A stretch of 64,000 bases of DNA from an uncultured Acidimicrobiia bacterium (GCA_964600365.1 CAZRJG010000003.1:30001-94000); one strand, 5' to 3'; counted from the stretch's first letter, positions 54,829-64,000 are shown. Notes: generated by a model not told the origin, from the letters alone. Numbers and translations are program-made.

Positions 54829-54882
54829 GAGGTAGGAGGCTAGGGAGTTCTCCTCGGAGTACTGCGCCGGCCCGGGGTGGGC

Positions 54883-55905
54883 TCAACCCAGCTCGAACCC
54901 CTGCTCGCGGAGCGCGTTCCGGAACGGCTCGGCCTCACCCGGGCGCACGGAGATGGTGAGCACGCCGCCACCACCGTGGCGGCCGTGGCGGAGCTGGAGG
55001 TCGCGGACGTCCACTCGGCTCTCCGCGAGGGCCGTCCCGACGCGGGCGAGCTCGCCGGGACGGTCCTCGATGATGATGCGGATCGCCACGACGGGGGGCG
55101 CCATTGCCTGGCGCACCGCCCGGGAACCGCGGAGCTCAGCTCGGATCCCTTCGGTGTCGCCAGACTCGACGAGCGTCGCGAACGCCTCGAGGCGGGCTCC
55201 GAGCGAACGGAGGTGTTCGGCGACCATTGCACCGTTCGCATCGAGGAGCTCGACCCACATGCGCTCATCGGAGAGCGCAACCCGGGTGAGGTCCCTGAAG
55301 CTCCCCGCGGCGAGATCGAGGCGCACGGGATCGGCAGCGGCGTGGGCGACCAACTGGACGGCGAGGGATTGGGGAAGGTGGCTGATCGCCGCGACCGCAT
55401 CGTCGTGCGCGGCGGCGTCCATCTTGAGGACGTTCGCCCCCAACGCCTCGAGGAGGGCTCGGACCGTCGCCAGGTCGTCGGCGGTCGCACCGTCGGCGAC
55501 GACGATCCACGTGGCCCCCCGGAAGAGGGTGGGGGATGCATGTGCTGCCCCACCGTGTTCGCGCCCCGCCATCGGGTGGGTACCCACGAACCGATGGAGT
55601 CGAGAGGCTGCCTCAACGATCGGTCCCTTCACGCCGGCGACGTCGATCGTGAGGGTGTCCACCGAGGGCAGGTCGGCGAGGTGCTCCATGATCGCTGCAG
55701 GCGGCGCAGCGAGGACCACGAGGTCGGCATCGGCGACGGCGTCGTTGCGGGACTCGGCGATGGAGTCGATGGCGCCGCGCACGAGGGCTTCGGTGGCCTC
55801 ATCGGCGCTGGGATCCCAGCCGACCACGCGGTGGCCCTGCGATCGGAGGGCCATGCCCATTGAGGCACCGATGAGGCCGGTGCCGATGATGGCGGCGGTC
55901 GTCAT
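54883..55905 (-). CDS. tyrA: Prephenate/arogenate dehydrogenase with C-terminal ACT domain
   Basis: 'IIGTGLIGASMG', 'DVAGVK', 'FVGTHPMAGRE', 'HDDAVAAISHLP', 'SFRDLTRVA' and ACT 'EDRPGELA'. Confidence 0.92.
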   Translation of the reverse strand: MTTAAIIGTGLIGASMGMALRSQGHRVVGWDPSADEATEALVRGAIDSIAESRNDAVADADLVVLAAPPAAIMEHLADLPSVDTLTIDVAGVKGPIVEAASRLHRFVGTHPMAGREHGGAAHASPTLFRGATWIVVADGATADDLATVRALLEALGANVLKMDAAAHDDAVAAISHLPQSLAVQLVAHAAADPVRLDLAAGSFRDLTRVALSDERMWVELLDANGAMVAEHLRSLGARLEAFATLVESGDTEGIRAELRGSRAVRQAMAPPVVAIRIIIEDRPGELARVGTALAESRVDVRDLQLRHGRHGGGGVLTISVRPGEAEPFRNALREQGFELG

Positions 55906-56921
55906 GCGATCGGGACGTCGAGCGCTGCGCCGAGTCGCGTGATCTCCTCCATGAGCGCAGCGAACTCCTCGGGGAGCAGTGCCTGGGCGCCGTCCACCTT
56001 CGCCGACTCCGGCTCGGGGTGGACGTCGATCATGAAGCCGTCGGCACCGGCGGCGATGCCCGCCTTGGCGAGCGGGGCGACCAACTCGCGCTTGCCGCCC
56101 GAGTGGGACGGGTCGACGATGATCGGGAGGTGCGAGATCTGCTTGAGGAGGGGTACGGCGGTGATGTCGAGGGTGTTCCGAGAGGCGGTCTCGAAGGTCC
56201 TGATGCCCCGCTCCACCATGATGATCTCGGTGTTTCCCGACTTGTAGATGTACTCGGCGGCTTGGAGCCACTCGTCGAGGGTGGCGGTGAACCCGCGCTT
56301 CAACTGCACCGGCTTGCCGCAGGCCCCCACCTCTTGGAGGAGGGTGTAGTTGGCCATGTTGCGGGTCCCGACGCGGAGGATGTCGGCGTAGGAGGCCACG
56401 AGCTCGACATCCCGGGGATCGAGGACCTCGGCGACGAATGGCACGTCGAACTCCTCACGCGCCTCTGCGAGGTACTGGAGCCCCTCCTCGCCGAGTCCCT
56501 GGAAGGAGTAGGGCGATGTCCGCGGCTTGAACGCATCGCCCCGGAGGACGCGGGCGCCGGCTTTCACAACCGCCTCGGCGGTGCGGAACAGCTGGTCGCG
56601 CGTCTCCACTGCGCAGGGTCCTGCGATCGGCGTGAAGGAGCCATCGCCGATTGTGGTGTTGCGGACGGTGATGGCCGTCGATTCGGGCTTGAACTTGCGG
56701 GAGACGAGCTTGTAGGGCTCCATGACGCGAATCACTTTCTCGACGCCCTCGAGCCGACTCCACGCCGCTGCCTGGGCAACGGTGCGGGTGTCCCCGATCA
56801 CGCCGATCACGGTTTGTGCGGACCCGGTCGACACGTGGGCCGTGCAATCGAACGACTCGATGCGCCGAACGACGTCGTCCACGGCGGCCTGTGGGGCCTC
56901 GGGGTCCATGATGATGATCAC
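55902..56921 (-). CDS. aroF: 3-deoxy-7-phosphoheptulonate (DAHP) synthase, type I-beta with N-terminal regulatory domain
   Basis: 'IAGPCAVE', 'FKPRTSPYSFQG', 'VGTRNMANY', 'LKRG', 'ERGIRTFE', 'IVDPSH' and 'DVHPEP...DGAQ'. Confidence 0.93.
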   Translation of the reverse strand: MIIIMDPEAPQAAVDDVVRRIESFDCTAHVSTGSAQTVIGVIGDTRTVAQAAAWSRLEGVEKVIRVMEPYKLVSRKFKPESTAITVRNTTIGDGSFTPIAGPCAVETRDQLFRTAEAVVKAGARVLRGDAFKPRTSPYSFQGLGEEGLQYLAEAREEFDVPFVAEVLDPRDVELVASYADILRVGTRNMANYTLLQEVGACGKPVQLKRGFTATLDEWLQAAEYIYKSGNTEIIMVERGIRTFETASRNTLDITAVPLLKQISHLPIIVDPSHSGGKRELVAPLAKAGIAAGADGFMIDVHPEPESAKVDGAQALLPEEFAALMEEITRLGAALDVPIA

Positions 56922-56984
56922 GGAGGGAGTGTGCCGTGTTTCTCCCGGCAACGCCAAGCAGCGTCGTCCACCGGGGCCGAGGGA

Positions 56985-58136
56985 CTATCCGTCGAGCAGT
57001 TGCAGGACCGCCGCCGCCCCCACGAGGGTGCCGACGCGGATGGCGCCTTCGTTGAGTTCGAAACGGGCGGAGTGGAGGGTGGTCTTGTGGCCCTCGATCT
57101 TGCATCCGAGGCGGATGAGCGTCGCAGGGACCCTCGCCGAGAAGACGGAGAAGTCCTCGGCACCCATCGAGGTGTACGTGCTGCGTATGCAGTGCGCTTC
57201 GAGGACCTCGCTCGCCCCTCGCTCGACCGCCCAGACCACCTCGGGGTCGTTGTTGACGGGGCCGAGGCCCTTCTCGTAGTGGATGTCGGCCTGCACCCCG
57301 GTCGCCCCAACGATCCGGTGGACGAGGTCAACGAACAGGTCGCCGATCGTCTCCCACAGTTCGAGGGTGGCCACGCGCACCGTGCCGGTGAGCCGGACCG
57401 CCGACGGGATGACGTTCGCCGCCTCGCCGCCATGGATCGCGCCGAAGGCGACCGCCACCGGTGTCCGTGTGTCGATGTGCCGGGAGAGGAGGCCCTCCAT
57501 CTCGGTGATCACCTTGCCGGCGGCGAAGATCGTGTCGGGTGACTCGTGGGGGCGGGAGGTGTGTCCGCCAGGTCCGCGGAACGTGATGGTGAACCGGTCG
57601 GAGGACGACGTGATCGGTCCCGGCTTGAGGCCGATGGAGCCCGTCTCGAGGGCAGGGTCCACGTGCATCGCGATGATGCGCTCGACGCCCTCGAGGAGGC
57701 GTTCCTCGAGCATCGATTCTGCCCCTCCGGGGAAGACCTCCTCGGCAGGTTGGAAGAGGAACCGGACGCGCCCCTGGATATCGCCCCTCGCAGCGAGGGC
57801 CGCGGCGACCCCGACCCCGATGGCCGTGTGGGCATCATGGCCGCATGCGTGCATCACGCCGGGTATCTCGGAACGGAAGGGAAGGCGGCTCTCCTCCTCG
57901 AGCGGCAGCGCGTCGATGTCGGCGCGATAGGCGACGAGGCGCTCCCCCTCCCCGATCTCAAACCAACCGCCGGTACCCGCCTCGCGGACGTGGAACGGGA
58001 GGCCGTGCTTCTCGAGCTCCTCGGCGATGCGTTTCGTCGTACGGAACTCGGAGAATCCGAGCTCCGGGTTGCGGTGGATGTCGCGTCGCAGCTCAATGAG
58101 GGATGGGAGGAGTGCGTTGACGGCTTCGGGGAGCAT
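56985..58136 (-). CDS. M20 family amidohydrolase
   Basis: 'RRDIHRNPELGFSE', 'RADIDALP', 'MHACGHDAH', 'FQPAEE', 'GGHTSRPH' and 'GAEDF'. Confidence 0.92.
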   Translation of the reverse strand: MLPEAVNALLPSLIELRRDIHRNPELGFSEFRTTKRIAEELEKHGLPFHVREAGTGGWFEIGEGERLVAYRADIDALPLEEESRLPFRSEIPGVMHACGHDAHTAIGVGVAAALAARGDIQGRVRFLFQPAEEVFPGGAESMLEERLLEGVERIIAMHVDPALETGSIGLKPGPITSSSDRFTITFRGPGGHTSRPHESPDTIFAAGKVITEMEGLLSRHIDTRTPVAVAFGAIHGGEAANVIPSAVRLTGTVRVATLELWETIGDLFVDLVHRIVGATGVQADIHYEKGLGPVNNDPEVVWAVERGASEVLEAHCIRSTYTSMGAEDFSVFSARVPATLIRLGCKIEGHKTTLHSARFELNEGAIRVGTLVGAAAVLQLLDG

Positions 58137-58175
58137 GGCGGGGGAGGGTACTGCTGAGCGAGGTGCGAGGCGCGA

Positions 58176-59003
58176 TCAGCGGTCGGCGCGGGGACTGGCG
58201 ACCATGCGAGCCCATTCCTCCAAGAGGCGCTCTGCGACCGGCCCGACATCGAAATGGGTGTCGTCCACCTGCACGACGGGGCGCACCCCCTTGGCCGTGC
58301 TGAGCACGAGGACCTCGTCGGCCGAGAGCAGTGTGTCGATCGGCGTGACGGCGGTGTGGTGCGCGATGCCGAGGTCGTTGGCGAGTTCGATGGCGAGCTG
58401 CCGGGTGATCGAGTCGAGGACGCCGAGGGAGAGGTCGGGGAGCACGAGAGATCCGTCAGAGACCCACCCCACCGACGACGTCGGGCCCTCGAGCACGATC
58501 CGATCGCGCGACACGAGGATCGCATCGTCGAACCCGGCCTCCTTGGCCTCCTCGGTGGCCTGGAGGTTCGGGCCGTAGGAGATGGTCTTCGCACCGGCGA
58601 GGCGCCACGGTGCCCCGGCGGGATGCCATGGGGCGGCGATGACGGCGAACCGATAGGTGGCGAGGACGGGCGGGACGGGCTCGGCGATGAGCACCGTGCG
58701 CGCCGGCGCTCCGAACGGCGACCCCGGCGTGGCGACTAGTCGGATCACGCAGTCCTTGCCCTCCGCTGCGAGGTGGGTGCACCAGCGCTCAAGGTCGGCA
58801 CGGGGGGCGAGGGGTGTGCCGATCGCCGAGGCGGAGTGCGCCAGCCGGTCGAGGTGCCGGTGGAGGGCAAAGGGGGTTCCCTGGTGCACCCGCACGGCCT
58901 CGAAGACGCCGACCCCGCGCAGGAGGCCGAGGTCGACCGCGGGGATTGCCGGTGCAAGGGGATCGACGGGCTGGCCGTCGACGAGGACGAGCGGCAACCT
59001 CAC
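58176..59003 (-). CDS. Class IV PLP-dependent aminotransferase (IlvE/PabC-like)
   Basis: 'DLGLLRGVGVFEA', 'HLDRL', PLP lysine 'AKTISY', 'EGPTSS' and 'GVLDSITR'. Confidence 0.88.
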   Translation of the reverse strand: MRLPLVLVDGQPVDPLAPAIPAVDLGLLRGVGVFEAVRVHQGTPFALHRHLDRLAHSASAIGTPLAPRADLERWCTHLAAEGKDCVIRLVATPGSPFGAPARTVLIAEPVPPVLATYRFAVIAAPWHPAGAPWRLAGAKTISYGPNLQATEEAKEAGFDDAILVSRDRIVLEGPTSSVGWVSDGSLVLPDLSLGVLDSITRQLAIELANDLGIAHHTAVTPIDTLLSADEVLVLSTAKGVRPVVQVDDTHFDVGPVAERLLEEWARMVASPRADR

Positions 59004-60661
59004 GGCTGGTACCTGTTGGTGATCGGCAGGCGACGGTCCTTTCCGAATGCCTTGGTGGTGATCCGAACCCCCGGAGCAGCCTGGCGCCGCTTGTACTCGT
59101 TGCGATCGACGAGTCGGGTGATGCGCCGGACGACGTCCTCGTCGAATCCCTCTCCGACGATGTCGGCCACCGACCGATCCTCCTCCACGTACCGCTCGAG
59201 GACGGCATCGAGGAGGTCGTAGGGGGGAAGTGAGTCGGAGTCCTTCTGGTCGGGGCGTAGCTCGGCGGACGGCGGCTTCGTGATGGAGGAGTCGGGAATG
59301 ACCTCGCCGTCGCGGTTTCGCCACCGGGCGAGGCGGAAGACCTCCGTCTTCAGCACGTCCTTGAGTACCGAGTAGCCGCCGGCCATGTCGCCGTAGAGCG
59401 TTGCGTACCCAACGGCCATCTCCGATTTGTTTCCGGTGGTGAGGACCATGGGTCCGAGCTTGTTCGAGATGGCCATGAGGAGGAGGCCACGGACACGTGC
59501 CTGGACGTTCTCCTCGGCCACGTCGAATGGACGGTCCTCGAATACCGGACCGAGCGCCTCGGTGAGAGCCTTGAAGGACGGCTCGATGGCGATCTCGTGG
59601 AAGGAGATGCCGAGGTTGCGGGCGAGGAACGCGGCGTCGGTCACCGAACCCTCCGATGAGAACTGGGAGGGCATGGCCACGCCCGTCACCCGGTCGGCGC
59701 CGAGGGCGTCGACGGCCACGGCCGCAGTGAGCGCCGAGTCGATGCCGCCCGACAGTCCGATCACGACGCCACCGAATCCGTTCTTCTCCACGTAGTCGCG
59801 CAGGCCCACCTCGAGCGCGCGATACACCTCTTCCTCGGGGTCGAGCAACGGGGCGACGGATGGCGCCGGGCGGGGCGTCGGTGTGTTCCCCACGCCTGGG
59901 ATCGTGACGTCGACGAGGAACTGGTCCTCTTCGAATTGCGGGGAGCGGTGCAGCAGTTCCCCTCGCTCGTCGATCACGAGGGAGCATCCGTCGAAGACGA
60001 GTTCGTCCTGACCGCCGACGAGGTTGAGGTAGACGAGGGGCGCTCCGGCGCCGATGGCCCGGCTCCGCATGAGGTGCTCTCGTTCGAGGGCCTTGCCGTG
60101 GTGGAAGGGAGAGGCGTTGATGTTGAGGAGGAGACGGGCCCCCGCTTCGGCCTGACGGGAGGGCGGGCCGTCCTCACGCCAGATGTCCTCGCACACAGAG
60201 ACCCCGGTCCGTACGCCGGAGACCTCGACGAGGAGGTCGGGGTGCTCTCCGGCGACGAAGTAGCGGTTCTCGTCGAACACGCCGTAGTTGGGGAGGAGCA
60301 CCTTGTCGTACACCTCGACGACCTCCCCGTTGCGCAGGACGGCGGCGGAGTTGGCGGCGGTGCGCCCGCGGGAGTCATGCTCCGCCTCAGCAGCGTCGAG
60401 GCGCCGGGGGAACCCGACGACGGTGGTGCACCGCCGGGAGGCGGCGGCGAGGTGGTCCACGGCTTCCCGAGCTCGCTCGAGGAACCCGGAGCGGAGGAGG
60501 AGGTCCTCCGGTGGGTAGCCGGTGATGGCGAGTTCCGGGAGGAGGAGGACATCGGCCTCGGCCTCCTCGGCCCACGTCATCGCGTCGAGGATGCGCTCGG
60601 TGTTCGCGTCGAGGGCGCCGACGGTGAGGTTCAACTGGGCGCCTGCGACGCGGAGGAACAT
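59000..60661 (-). CDS. nadE: Glutamine-dependent NAD+ synthetase
   Basis: Nitrilase domain (PEL...GYPPED, K..LPNY.VFDE.R.F, CEDIW) plus synthetase 'GLSGGIDSA', 'ENVQARVRG' and 'PPSAELRPDQKD'. Confidence 0.96.
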   Translation of the reverse strand: MFLRVAGAQLNLTVGALDANTERILDAMTWAEEAEADVLLLPELAITGYPPEDLLLRSGFLERAREAVDHLAAASRRCTTVVGFPRRLDAAEAEHDSRGRTAANSAAVLRNGEVVEVYDKVLLPNYGVFDENRYFVAGEHPDLLVEVSGVRTGVSVCEDIWREDGPPSRQAEAGARLLLNINASPFHHGKALEREHLMRSRAIGAGAPLVYLNLVGGQDELVFDGCSLVIDERGELLHRSPQFEEDQFLVDVTIPGVGNTPTPRPAPSVAPLLDPEEEVYRALEVGLRDYVEKNGFGGVVIGLSGGIDSALTAAVAVDALGADRVTGVAMPSQFSSEGSVTDAAFLARNLGISFHEIAIEPSFKALTEALGPVFEDRPFDVAEENVQARVRGLLLMAISNKLGPMVLTTGNKSEMAVGYATLYGDMAGGYSVLKDVLKTEVFRLARWRNRDGEVIPDSSITKPPSAELRPDQKDSDSLPPYDLLDAVLERYVEEDRSVADIVGEGFDEDVVRRITRLVDRNEYKRRQAAPGVRITTKAFGKDRRLPITNRYQP

Positions 60662-60713
60662 GGGGGGATGGTAGGTGGGACCGATCGCCCGACTCGTCAC
60701 ACGAGTGGTCCGG

Positions 60714-61229
60714 TCAGGAGCCCAGGATGAACTCCCCGAGGTCCTCGAACGGTCCCTCGAAGGTGAGGACTGCCTCGCGGACGGAGAGGAGGTGGTGCTG
60801 TGCGAGCACGGCCCGTTCCTCGTCGGTGAGCGAGTCGGGGTCGAGGCGGACGAGTTCGACTGCCTCCTCGTCGTCCACGACGTGGAGCTCGGCAAGGGGG
60901 GCGAACTCGTCGAGGGCCTCGCGGGCGAGCGTTTCGAGGGCGACGTCGGTGGCAGTGCCCTCTTCGATCATGAGCACGACGACGTTGCGTCCGTCGGTCG
61001 TGCCACGGAACATCACCTGGTAGGCGAGCTCGATGACCGAGGGCGGTGCCGCCGTCGTGGTGGTAGTCGGCTCCTCGGCCCCCTCCGTGGTCGTCGTCGA
61101 GGTCGCGTCGGCAACCGTGGTCGTGGTGGCGGTCGGGAGCGTCGTCGTCACGTCGGCGTCGGACTCCCTGTTGCACCCCGCGAGGGCCAACGAGAGCAGG
61201 AGGAGGATGACGACTGCAATGCGCTGCAT
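60714..61229 (-). CDS. Hypothetical lipoprotein with Thr-rich linker
   Basis: Lipobox 'LAGC', 'TTTLPTATTTTVADATSTTTTE...TTTTT' and an acidic globular C-terminus. Confidence 0.7.
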   Translation of the reverse strand: MQRIAVVILLLLSLALAGCNRESDADVTTTLPTATTTTVADATSTTTTEGAEEPTTTTTAAPPSVIELAYQVMFRGTTDGRNVVVLMIEEGTATDVALETLAREALDEFAPLAELHVVDDEEAVELVRLDPDSLTDEERAVLAQHHLLSVREAVLTFEGPFEDLGEFILGS

Positions 61230-61268
61230 GCCTCCATCGTACGGGCCGCCGCGGTATCCGCAGGGCGC

Positions 61269-62669
61269 TCAGAGCAACAAGGTCGCCACCCCGAGGAACC
61301 CTGCGAAGCCCACGAGGTCCGTGATCAGGGTGAGGAAGATGCTCGAGGCGAGTGCAGGGTCGAGCCCGATCGCACGCAATGTGAGCGGGATCCCTGCTCC
61401 AGCCGTGGTGGCGACGACGAGGTTGGTGAGTGCGGCGATCCCGACGATGGTCCCGATGGTGATCGCGGACTCGGGACTGTCGGTGAGCGAGGCGAAGACG
61501 CCGGCAACCACCGCAGCAGATGTCCCAATCAGGATCCCGTTCGTGAGGCCCACGCCCGCCTGCCTTCCGAGGATGCCGAGTGTCTCGGTGCGGGGGACGT
61601 CGTCGGAGGCGAGGGCACGGATCGTGACGGCGAGCGACTGGGCGCCGGCGTTGCCGCCGAGGAGGGCGACCACCGGCATGAGCACGGCGAGGATTGGGGC
61701 GGCGGTGAGGATCTCCTCGAATCCCGCGACGGCGATGGAGACGATGAGGGCGAGTCCGAGGTTGAGGAGGAGCCAGGGGCTTCGTTGCCGGACGGAGACC
61801 CGGATGTCGGTGTAGACGGTCTCCTGAGCGCCGGCACCCACGGAGGTGGCGAAGTCCTCGGACGCCTCCTCCTGGAGGACTTCGTAGAGCGCATCGGTCT
61901 CGACGATGCCGATGAGGCGTCCTGCTTGGTCGGTCACGGGGAGGGCGAAGAGGTTGTAGCGCGTCGCCAGTTCGGCCACCTGCTCCCGATCCGTCATGGG
62001 CCGCACGGACTCGGGGTCGGCAATCATCGCCTCATCGAGGCCGACGCCGGGGCGCCGAAAGACGAGGTCACGGAACGAGATAACGCCCCGCAGGCGACGT
62101 TGGTCGTCCACCACGTACACGTAGGTCAGGTCGGCGAGGTCCTCGTGGAGTCGGCGGATCGCCTCGATGGCCTCGCCAGCGGTCATCCCCATCGGGAGGG
62201 CGGCGAAGTCCGTCGTCATGAGGCCGCCGGCGGTGTCGGCGGGGTAGCGGAGGAGTGACCGAATGGCCTGCGCCCGTTCCTCGTCCATGGCGGCGAAGAG
62301 CGAGTCGCGTTCGTCGTCGTCGAACCAGATGACGAGGTCGGCGGCCTCGTCGGCATCCATGGCCTCGAGGATGGCCACCGTCCGCTCCCGGGGGAGCTCT
62401 TCGAGGACGTCGACGGCGAAGTCGTCCCGGGCCTGCTCGAGCACCGGAGCGGCGCGCTCTGCGGAGACGAGTCCGAGGATTCCCACGGCCATCTCGCCAC
62501 CGAGCTCCTCGAGGACGTCGGCAGCGTCGGCCGGCTCGGCGTCCACGAGCGCGAGCCACTCCTGGAGGTTCCCCTTGAGGTAGGCGGCGACCGTTCCGGG
62601 ATCGGACGCGGCGCGGGTCCGGAGGTGTGCGGCGGCTTGCCGGGGGCTACTCAGCCTGAACCGGACCAT
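61269..62669 (-). CDS. mgtE: Magnesium transporter MgtE
   Basis: 'DAADVL', 'YPADTAGGLMT', CBS pair, 'GGNAGAQS', 'DPALASSIFLTLITD'. Confidence 0.93.
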   Translation of the reverse strand: MVRFRLSSPRQAAAHLRTRAASDPGTVAAYLKGNLQEWLALVDAEPADAADVLEELGGEMAVGILGLVSAERAAPVLEQARDDFAVDVLEELPRERTVAILEAMDADEAADLVIWFDDDERDSLFAAMDEERAQAIRSLLRYPADTAGGLMTTDFAALPMGMTAGEAIEAIRRLHEDLADLTYVYVVDDQRRLRGVISFRDLVFRRPGVGLDEAMIADPESVRPMTDREQVAELATRYNLFALPVTDQAGRLIGIVETDALYEVLQEEASEDFATSVGAGAQETVYTDIRVSVRQRSPWLLLNLGLALIVSIAVAGFEEILTAAPILAVLMPVVALLGGNAGAQSLAVTIRALASDDVPRTETLGILGRQAGVGLTNGILIGTSAAVVAGVFASLTDSPESAITIGTIVGIAALTNLVVATTAGAGIPLTLRAIGLDPALASSIFLTLITDLVGFAGFLGVATLLL

Positions 62670-62686
62670 GACCGCACTCCTTCATG

Positions 62687-63160
62687 TCAACCCTCGTAGG
62701 GGCGAACGGACGCGATCGTGACCTCGAAGGTGCCGCCGGGCGCCTCATAGGCGACGGTGTCGCCCACACCCGCGCCGAGCAATGCGGCGCCGAGGGGGCT
62801 CGAGGGGGAGGCCAGGAGCATGCCAGCGGCCTTGTTCTCCGGTGGCGCGACGAAGTACTCCATGTCGTCGCCGTCCTGATCGGTGACGGTCACGACCGAT
62901 CCGACCTCGACGGTGTCGGTGGACACGGCCTCCTGGACCTCGGCGGTGTCGAGGATGCGCTGGATCTGGCGGATCCTGGCTTCCATCATGCCTTGGTCGT
63001 TCTTGGCGGCGTCGTAGTCGGCGTTCTCGCGGAGATCGCCGTGTGAGCGGGCTTCTGCGATGCGCGCTTCGATCTCGGCGCGGCCATCGGTGAGGAGCCC
63101 TTGGAGCTCTTCCTCGAGGCGTGCCTTCGCGGCAGGGGTCAAGAATGTTGGGTCGGACAT
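62687..63160 (-). CDS. greA: Transcription elongation factor GreA
   Basis: 'ARSHGDLRENADYDAAKNDQ', 'EARIRQI' and 'SSPLGAALLG..VGD'. Confidence 0.95.
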   Translation of the reverse strand: MSDPTFLTPAAKARLEEELQGLLTDGRAEIEARIAEARSHGDLRENADYDAAKNDQGMMEARIRQIQRILDTAEVQEAVSTDTVEVGSVVTVTDQDGDDMEYFVAPPENKAAGMLLASPSSPLGAALLGAGVGDTVAYEAPGGTFEVTIASVRPYEG

Positions 63161-63219
63161 GACGATCCGAGGATAGGGGTGGGCGTCGGATTGCGGGTCC
63201 CGGGCGTAGGCTCGCCGCC

Positions 63220-63783
63220 ATGCTCACCGCCCACGAGGCCGCCACCACGACCTTCGATACCGCCTTCGTCGGCTACCGGCGGGATGAGGTCGAGGCACTG
63301 CGGAGTCGCCTCGCATCGGCGCTCGCCGAGTCCGAGCGGGGACTGCGGAGGGGGCTCATGGTGGGAGCCGACGAACTCGCCGGGGCAACGTTCTCGCGCG
63401 CCTTCCGGGGGTATCGGCGCGACGAGGTGGATGCCTTCTTCGAGCGGGCTACGGCGGTGCTCGCCGGACGTGGGGTGACCCGGGGGGCGGGACATCGGCG
63501 CATCACTGCCGATGAGATCCGCCGGCTCCGGTTTCGTCGTGAGGTGGATGGCTACGACCCTGCGTCGGTGAGACGTCACCTCGCCCGCGCCGGCGCTGCG
63601 CTCGAGGCCCACCACGGGGGTCGGGAGCCACTGCTCTCGCGCGTCGAGGCCGAGTCGGTGGACTTCCCGCTTCGACTCTGGGGCTGGCGTTGCGCGGACG
63701 TCGAGACCGTGTGCGACCGTATCGCCTCGACCCTGCTCTTCTACGAGGCCCGGGGTCCGGTCCCCAGCGAGGAACCCGGGTAG
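63220..63783 (+). CDS. Protein with four tandem DivIVA-like domains
   Basis: F-x3/4-G-[YW]-x3-[ES]V units: FDTAFVGYRRDEV, FSRAFRGYRRDEVD, FRREVDGYDPASV, FPLRLWGWRCADV. Confidence 0.8.
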   Translation: MLTAHEAATTTFDTAFVGYRRDEVEALRSRLASALAESERGLRRGLMVGADELAGATFSRAFRGYRRDEVDAFFERATAVLAGRGVTRGAGHRRITADEIRRLRFRREVDGYDPASVRRHLARAGAALEAHHGGREPLLSRVEAESVDFPLRLWGWRCADVETVCDRIASTLLFYEARGPVPSEEPG

Positions 63784-63846
63784 GGAGGCGTCGCCCACCG
63801 CCACAGGGCCGCCGTGACACGTTCGGGTCGGCGGTAGCCTCGTTGG

Positions 63847-64000
63847 GTGCTCCCCCCGAAGACCGTCCTCGATCGGCTCCCCCTCGACCGCTGTGGGGTC
63901 CTCATGCTCCTCGGTGCCGCCGACACCGGGAAGAGCTCCTACGCGAGGGAACTCGCCGCGGAAGCGCTCGAGTCGGGACGGCGAGTCGCATTCCTCGACG
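63847..64000 (+). CDS. Clp1/Grc3-like P-loop polynucleotide 5'-kinase, N-terminal fragment (continues beyond window)
   Basis: 'VLMLLGAADTGKSSYARELA......RRVAFLD' matches Clp1-family Walker A and the following D motif. TAGCCT -10 lies 6 nt before GTG 63847. Confidence 0.6.
   Translation, partial: MLPPKTVLDRLPLDRCGVLMLLGAADTGKSSYARELAAEALESGRRVAFLD

Noticed and set aside
54829-54882. Small ribosomal protein bS22-like ORF expected upstream of the Rv0501-like gene by mycobacterial synteny
   Set aside because: The 54-bp gap has no Lys/Arg-rich ORF, only a -10 element.

Overview
High-GC (about 70%) actinobacterial chromosomal DNA. The gene repertoire (F420-type LLM enzymes, Rv0474/HbhA-like and Rv0501/Rv0502-like pairs, DUF2017-clpS, Thr-rich lipoproteins) suggests a deep-branching actinobacterium, probably Acidimicrobiia-like (inference). 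The window is densely coding, with about 70 CDS, one tRNA-Lys(UUU) and a TPP riboswitch on thiBPQ. I found no CRISPR array, integrase or transposase. Most of it is housekeeping: ptrB, rraA, glgP, corA, mgtE, a Fe3+ ABC transporter with DtxR-type boxes, tyrA-aroF, nadE, greA, clpS. The most unusual items are: (1) a single ORF fusing an archaeal-type endonuclease IV TIM barrel to a LigD/Prim-PolC primase-polymerase, a possible one-polypeptide base-excision repair enzyme; (2) an aromatic- and proline-free protein built from 11 in-register 22-residue repeats, divergent from an atypical LuxR-type regulator; (3) a lipid-inclusion-like locus in which HbhA-like and acyltransferase proteins carry nucleic-acid-binding-type domains; (4) a cupredoxin/beta-helix lipoprotein coupled to a Tat-exported type-C two-domain multicopper oxidase; (5) a RimK-RCK_C fusion coupled to an M14 deacylase; (6) a coxS-coxM-coxG cluster lacking coxL, with an in-frame TAG in coxG; (7) a decayed SDR relic beside the tRNA; (8) a Clp1-like kinase at the right edge; and (9) pervasive leaderless promoter architecture. 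All family assignments come from motif recognition by eye, not from database searches.
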